Source: Pseudovirgaria hyperparasitica (taxonomy: Eukaryota). Taken from it: a stretch of DNA of 40,373 nt. Each line of letters opens with the position of its first letter. The first letter of the stretch is position 1. Both the position numbers and the translations under genes were made by a program. A model generated the notes under the pieces. It did no database searches and was not told the origin of the DNA. It saw nothing but the letters and a program-made list of their open reading frames with translations. The stretch is taken from NCBI GenBank assembly GCA_010093815.1, contig ML996599.1. One strand, 5' to 3'. Positions 36,001 through 40,373 of this stretch are shown here, in pieces.

Positions 36001-36127
36001 TAATGGTAGGAGACATGAATACACTGCACTGGTTGTGGTCCGGCCCATTTTTCTTCCCGGTGCTAAAGATAGCCGTAATGTGGAAGGGCGCTTAAGACGC
36101 TTCACACATTACGCCCCTGTCTATCCC
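36001..36127 (+). repeat. Dispersed duplication D, copy 2
   Basis: Matches 25508-25634. Confidence 0.9.
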
Positions 36128-36435
36128 TGCGCGTGCACTAGTCCATACTTCTCCCCGTGTGCCCCGGGCCCACGGAAAGCGGCCGTGGCGTCATCCATGC
36201 ATCTATACCCTCCCATCCACCAAAGTGTACTTTCGGGACATACTGCAAGCTGCCAGGCTCACTTCGGACTGAACGCGACATATGCAGGCCTTGGATGTAG
36301 CAGAAAGATGAATGAGGGTAACCTAGAACAAGTCACGGGTAGAGAGTATAACGAGAATAACGAAATGTACACGACGGTCTCTACAACATATGTCTAAGGA
36401 AGATTGAGCTATAATCAAGCTGTGTTCGCGACGAT

Positions 36436-37467
36436 CTAGTGCTTTTGCCCGTCTCCAGTTGAACTGTTAAACCCCTTGAACTGCATTGGTGATTTTGCTT
36501 CTAGAGCCTCGGCTTCGGATCTCTTTAGCCTCATCCGCTTCCCTCGGACAATGTCATCGCTTGCAACATCGCAGGAAATGGTTTTCCCATCATTAATCAC
36601 CTCTTTGAACAGTACAAGCTCTTCGTCCAAAACCCTTTGGCGACGCAGTGGCCTGAGAGAATCAAGCCACCAGTGTGGAGATATCAGCGCGCTACTGAAA
36701 TCAACAAGTTTTCTATCCAGGTAATTCCTCGCGTACAGGTCTACTGGGTATATTCCTAATCTCCTCAGTTCGTGTAGATCTCGCTCCATTCCTTCTGCAT
36801 TAACAATGGCCTCCTTGGACTCTACGAGCTCTTTCACCAAAGCTCGGAACGGTGGCTTCTCCCGCCAGCTCTTGTCTTCATCTTCTTCTGGCCAGTCCCA
36901 GTCTCGAATCCCGAATTGCTCGCTGAAAATTTCCCCATACTGCTCTGCTGAGAGATAAAGATAGCCGTGGCAGGGCACAGCTAGTCGGTGTCGATGTTCC
37001 CGATGTTGCCGCCTCTCGTCTCTTGTTCGTTTTCTTTCCTGCTCTTGCTCATGGGTTTGCAACTTTCCGTATGCTCTACACTCTGCAAAAAATGGATCAG
37101 AGTAATAAGCGATTATCTCATCGCTTGCCTTGACCTTATCGGTAGGAAATACTGAAGAGCGTTCGTGCTCGACACTGAAGAACTTGAACTAGACGCATAT
37201 TAGGCCTGAACGATATAGTCGTGATCAACTATGCGCGTATGTACCTACCACCTTCAGTGCATACTTCTTCTTACCTATGCGAACTTTGAAGACATAGCTG
37301 TGGCTTCCTTCGGCTCCTTCAGATCCGTCCAAGCGCGGCGACGAACTGAGAAGCTTTATGAAGTGGATAGCAAGCCCCCCTCTCTTGAACGCTGACAGGT
37401 TTGGTCCTTCGCAGGGTGGCAATGGTCTTCTAAGGCTATGTGGAAGTTGCGAGCGCGCCAACAACAT
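36436..37467 (-). CDS. FTA2-family (PF13095) protein-kinase-like protein, 2 exons, apparently intact
   Basis: LPPCEGPNL..F, GSHSYVFKVRI.KKKYALKV, intron GTAGGT..TAG, FKFF..DPFFAECRAYGKL..AVPCHGYL..FRALVKEL..GIYPVDLYARNYLDRKLVDFSSA. Confidence 0.85.
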
Positions 37468-38151
37468 ATCGTAGCGAATTTTGAGGTCTTCTCGTTTTGA
37501 GGTTCTGGAATACAAACAAGCATAGGCGGCAGCACCTAGGCCAACAGGCATGAGGCGTTTCCAGGGATATCTACCACTATAGGACCCCTGTTTTAGTGCA
37601 TTACTCCAAGGGATGTGCTAAATCCGCCCCAAAAATTCGCCTTGCTCGTGGATAAGATCAGCATCAGCTAGGCGGCAATGTTACCTAGTCATTCTCTCCG
37701 TGTGGGGTGCCGACGAACGTACCTTGCATTGTTAGTCTTGACCTAGGACACGATCAGGACAGTATCTTTATAAGACCAGGTGTGAAATTGAATACCGGTC
37801 TGGACGAAAGAAAACAAAGAATGGGAACTTGAAAACGGACGTTCCCGCGTCAGTCTCGCATTAGCATTGCACCAAGATGAGAGATTCTCAAGCATGAATT
37901 TCATAATTTAATAGGCATATCTCATTTCGTTAGCCGAACACGCAGTCCGAAATTTCACGTGTCTGAGTGTTAAGCAAAGCAAACGTTCCAGCTGCCCTGC
38001 AGACTCATGCTGAGGAACTGACAGCCCTGTTCAGATATACCGCGAGGTAAACTAAAGTGCTTCAGGAACTGAACTGTTTGTTTTATAGGATATTGACATG
38101 AGAAATCGAGGCTCTTACCCAACCGCAAGACGGCCCCAATGATGCTAAAAT

Positions 38152-38375
38152 CGTCTTGAGCGCCCTTCCACATTACGGCGATCTTTAGTACCAGGAAGAA
38201 AAATGGGCCGGACCACAACCAGTACAGTGTATTTATGTCTGCTATGATTATGAGACAGCAACAGACATCGAGCGCATCATCTCCGAGATAGACTCCTGTC
38301 GAGAACAGCTGCATACGACGACCCTAGAGAGACTGGTATTGCGACTCGATCCAGCGAGCATCAGATATTGCAGTA
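38152..38375 (-). repeat. Dispersed duplication D, copy 3 (inverted)
   Basis: Reverse-complement match to 25501-25607 and to 25366-25402, with a divergent middle. Confidence 0.9.
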
Positions 38376-38390
38376 TTCCCCGGCGTGAAT

Positions 38391-39086
38391 NNNNNNNNNN
38401 NNNNNNNNNNNNNNNNNNNNNNNNNNNNNNNNNNNNNNNNNNNNNNNNNNNNNNNNNNNNNNNNNNNNNNNNNNNNNNNNNNNNNNNNNNNNNNNNNNNN
38501 NNNNNNNNNNNNNNNNNNNNNNNNNNNNNNNNNNNNNNNNNNNNNNNNNNNNNNNNNNNNNNNNNNNNNNNNNNNNNNNNNNNNNNNNNNNNNNNNNNNN
38601 NNNNNNNNNNNNNNNNNNNNNNNNNNNNNNNNNNNNNNNNNNNNNNNNNNNNNNNNNNNNNNNNNNNNNNNNNNNNNNNNNNNNNNNNNNNNNNNNNNNN
38701 NNNNNNNNNNNNNNNNNNNNNNNNNNNNNNNNNNNNNNNNNNNNNNNNNNNNNNNNNNNNNNNNNNNNNNNNNNNNNNNNNNNNNNNNNNNNNNNNNNNN
38801 NNNNNNNNNNNNNNNNNNNNNNNNNNNNNNNNNNNNNNNNNNNNNNNNNNNNNNNNNNNNNNNNNNNNNNNNNNNNNNNNNNNNNNNNNNNNNNNNNNNN
38901 NNNNNNNNNNNNNNNNNNNNNNNNNNNNNNNNNNNNNNNNNNNNNNNNNNNNNNNNNNNNNNNNNNNNNNNNNNNNNNNNNNNNNNNNNNNNNNNNNNNN
39001 NNNNNNNNNNNNNNNNNNNNNNNNNNNNNNNNNNNNNNNNNNNNNNNNNNNNNNNNNNNNNNNNNNNNNNNNNNNNNNNNNNNNNN
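38391..39086. other. Assembly gap (696 N)
   Basis: Run of N. Confidence 1.
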
Positions 39087-39968
39087 CTTCTCGATACCAA
39101 TCCGCAAGCATGTGGCCTGTCGTCTGGATCTCCCCAACAACTCCTTCTCGTCGTGGGAGTAAGTGGAGAAGTTCTTTCGAGACTCTTCGGTCCCACATAT
39201 TTGGTCGTCACAGGCCTGCCGGCCACGACAGCTGCGAATCGCTCCTAGAGCCACCAACATTTGAGACTGCGAGCATCGCCCGCCAATACAACGGAGCTCG
39301 CAAGGTGGACACCCGGATCAATCGCAAGGCTGTGGCAGATCAAGACGAAGAACACGGCATGGGCAGACACTATCGAATATGAGGAGAGCTTCAAAAGTGA
39401 GGTCAGGTCCCACCCCCTGCAACCCCGCAGTCGATGTAGGCGACGATTGAGTCTCGGAAGCCTGTGCAGGATATTTTGGGTCGATCGTGAGATAGAGCGT
39501 TTCTAGCAAACTCTCATTGTTCCTGGCGAGCGCAGCATTGGCCTCGTGAAGCTGTGCTAATTGAGAAACTAATTCACCCGTGGCATCGCGAAGCTGGCTG
39601 TAAAAGTGTTGCAAAGTTGTACGAACCGAAAGACATCTCCCTTGAATATCGCGATCGATATGAATGAATGCATTAGGGAGCTGCACTGTTATCAGTTCCA
39701 TAGCGTTCTTCACAATCTTTAGCTTACCATGTCTGTCACCTCTGATTCTGGCAGCATGGTTTGTAGATCGTGAATCTCATCATGTGTTCTTTGTGCTTCA
39801 TTTATATACGTCCTCGACTCATCCGCCTTTTCCAGCGGCTCTATCGTCTGACTCTACGTCGCAGTGTGCCAAGTAATCGTACTCACCTCCTCCTTGCTTA
39901 TGCGTGGTGCCAAAGATAAATTTTGCATAAACTCCCTGCGCCCTCCTAAGGGCGTTGACTTTCAGCTA
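39087..39968 (-). repeat. Dispersed duplication B, longest copy, with a decayed coiled-coil gene on the minus strand
   Basis: Matches 2023-2303 (direct) and 31785-32430 (inverted). Confidence 0.93.
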
Positions 39969-40027
39969 TTTTATGTGTTTATCGATTTATTTTAGTTCTG
40001 AGGGCGACTGGGTACTTCTTCATAGTA

Positions 40028-40373
40028 CAGTACTAGTTCATAAGTTCCCGAGGTCGTGCCGTTTTTGAGCATCACGTTCCAAATTACTATGAGAACTCCA
40101 TATAATTACGCAACACCCACGTCTCTGATTACATGTAGACTTTATAGCTAGCTCTAAAAATACATAATCTGGTGATAGCTCCATGGTGTTGACTTAATAT
40201 TTCGTATGCCACCCTTCAGCTGCGATTACTGCCTCACAACGCGACTTCATACTCCTCCATAAGGCTTCAAACCTCTGCTCAGGTATCGCATCCCACGCCT
40301 GTATACATGCTATACCTATTGCTTCCTTAACTTTATCGATAGACCCTCCAGCCTTATCCACGTCCGAATCACG
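40028..40373 (-). mobile_element. 3' end of a Tc1/mariner (Tc1/impala-like) transposon extending beyond the window
   Basis: TA at 40026-40027 followed by a CAGT-initiated terminus (CAGTACTAGTTCATAAGTT). The partner TIR is outside the window. Confidence 0.75.
40194..40373 (-). CDS. Tc1-like transposase C-terminus (partial)
   Basis: ...IQAWDAIPEQRFEALWRSMKSRCEAVIAAEGWHTKY*, the canonical Tc1 ending W..I......L..SM..R..AVI.A.G..TKY. Confidence 0.9.
   Translation of the reverse strand, partial: RDSDVDKAGGSIDKVKEAIGIACIQAWDAIPEQRFEALWRSMKSRCEAVIAAEGWHTKY

Noticed and set aside
38248..39382. Long ORFs of 287-347 aa
   Set aside because: Artefacts of translating the N gap.
1..40373. Starship captain, tRNA, 5S rRNA or telomere repeats
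   Set aside because: No recognisable motifs were found by eye.

Overview
Filamentous ascomycete (fungal) genomic DNA, judged from short GT..CTRAC..YAG spliceosomal introns and CAG>TAG/TGG>TGA stop codons typical of RIP. It is an accessory or Starship-cargo-like mosaic with no housekeeping synteny. Apparently intact genes are two tandem, divergent Tse2-like ADP-ribosyltransferase-fold genes, a ferric reductase, an O-methyltransferase, a C2H2 zinc-finger protein, an FTA2/kinase-like protein, a MADS-like protein and several hypotheticals. These sit among truncated or decayed fragments (patatin, GH18 chitinase x2, BCS1 AAA ATPase, JmjC, CorA-like, ankyrin). Mobile DNA includes a complete but inactivated 1869-bp pogo/Fot1 transposon, the end of a Tc1/mariner element and a 151-bp MITE. 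At least four dispersed, shuffled duplications are present, and a 696-N assembly gap lies at 38391-39086. No Starship captain (tyrosine recombinase) is visible. The most interesting candidate system is the Tse2-like pair: one copy keeps the R-S-H motif and carries a DUF2510-like tail, while the other has a degenerate motif and a mitochondrial-presequence-like N-terminus. Family assignments come from motif recognition by eye, not database searches.
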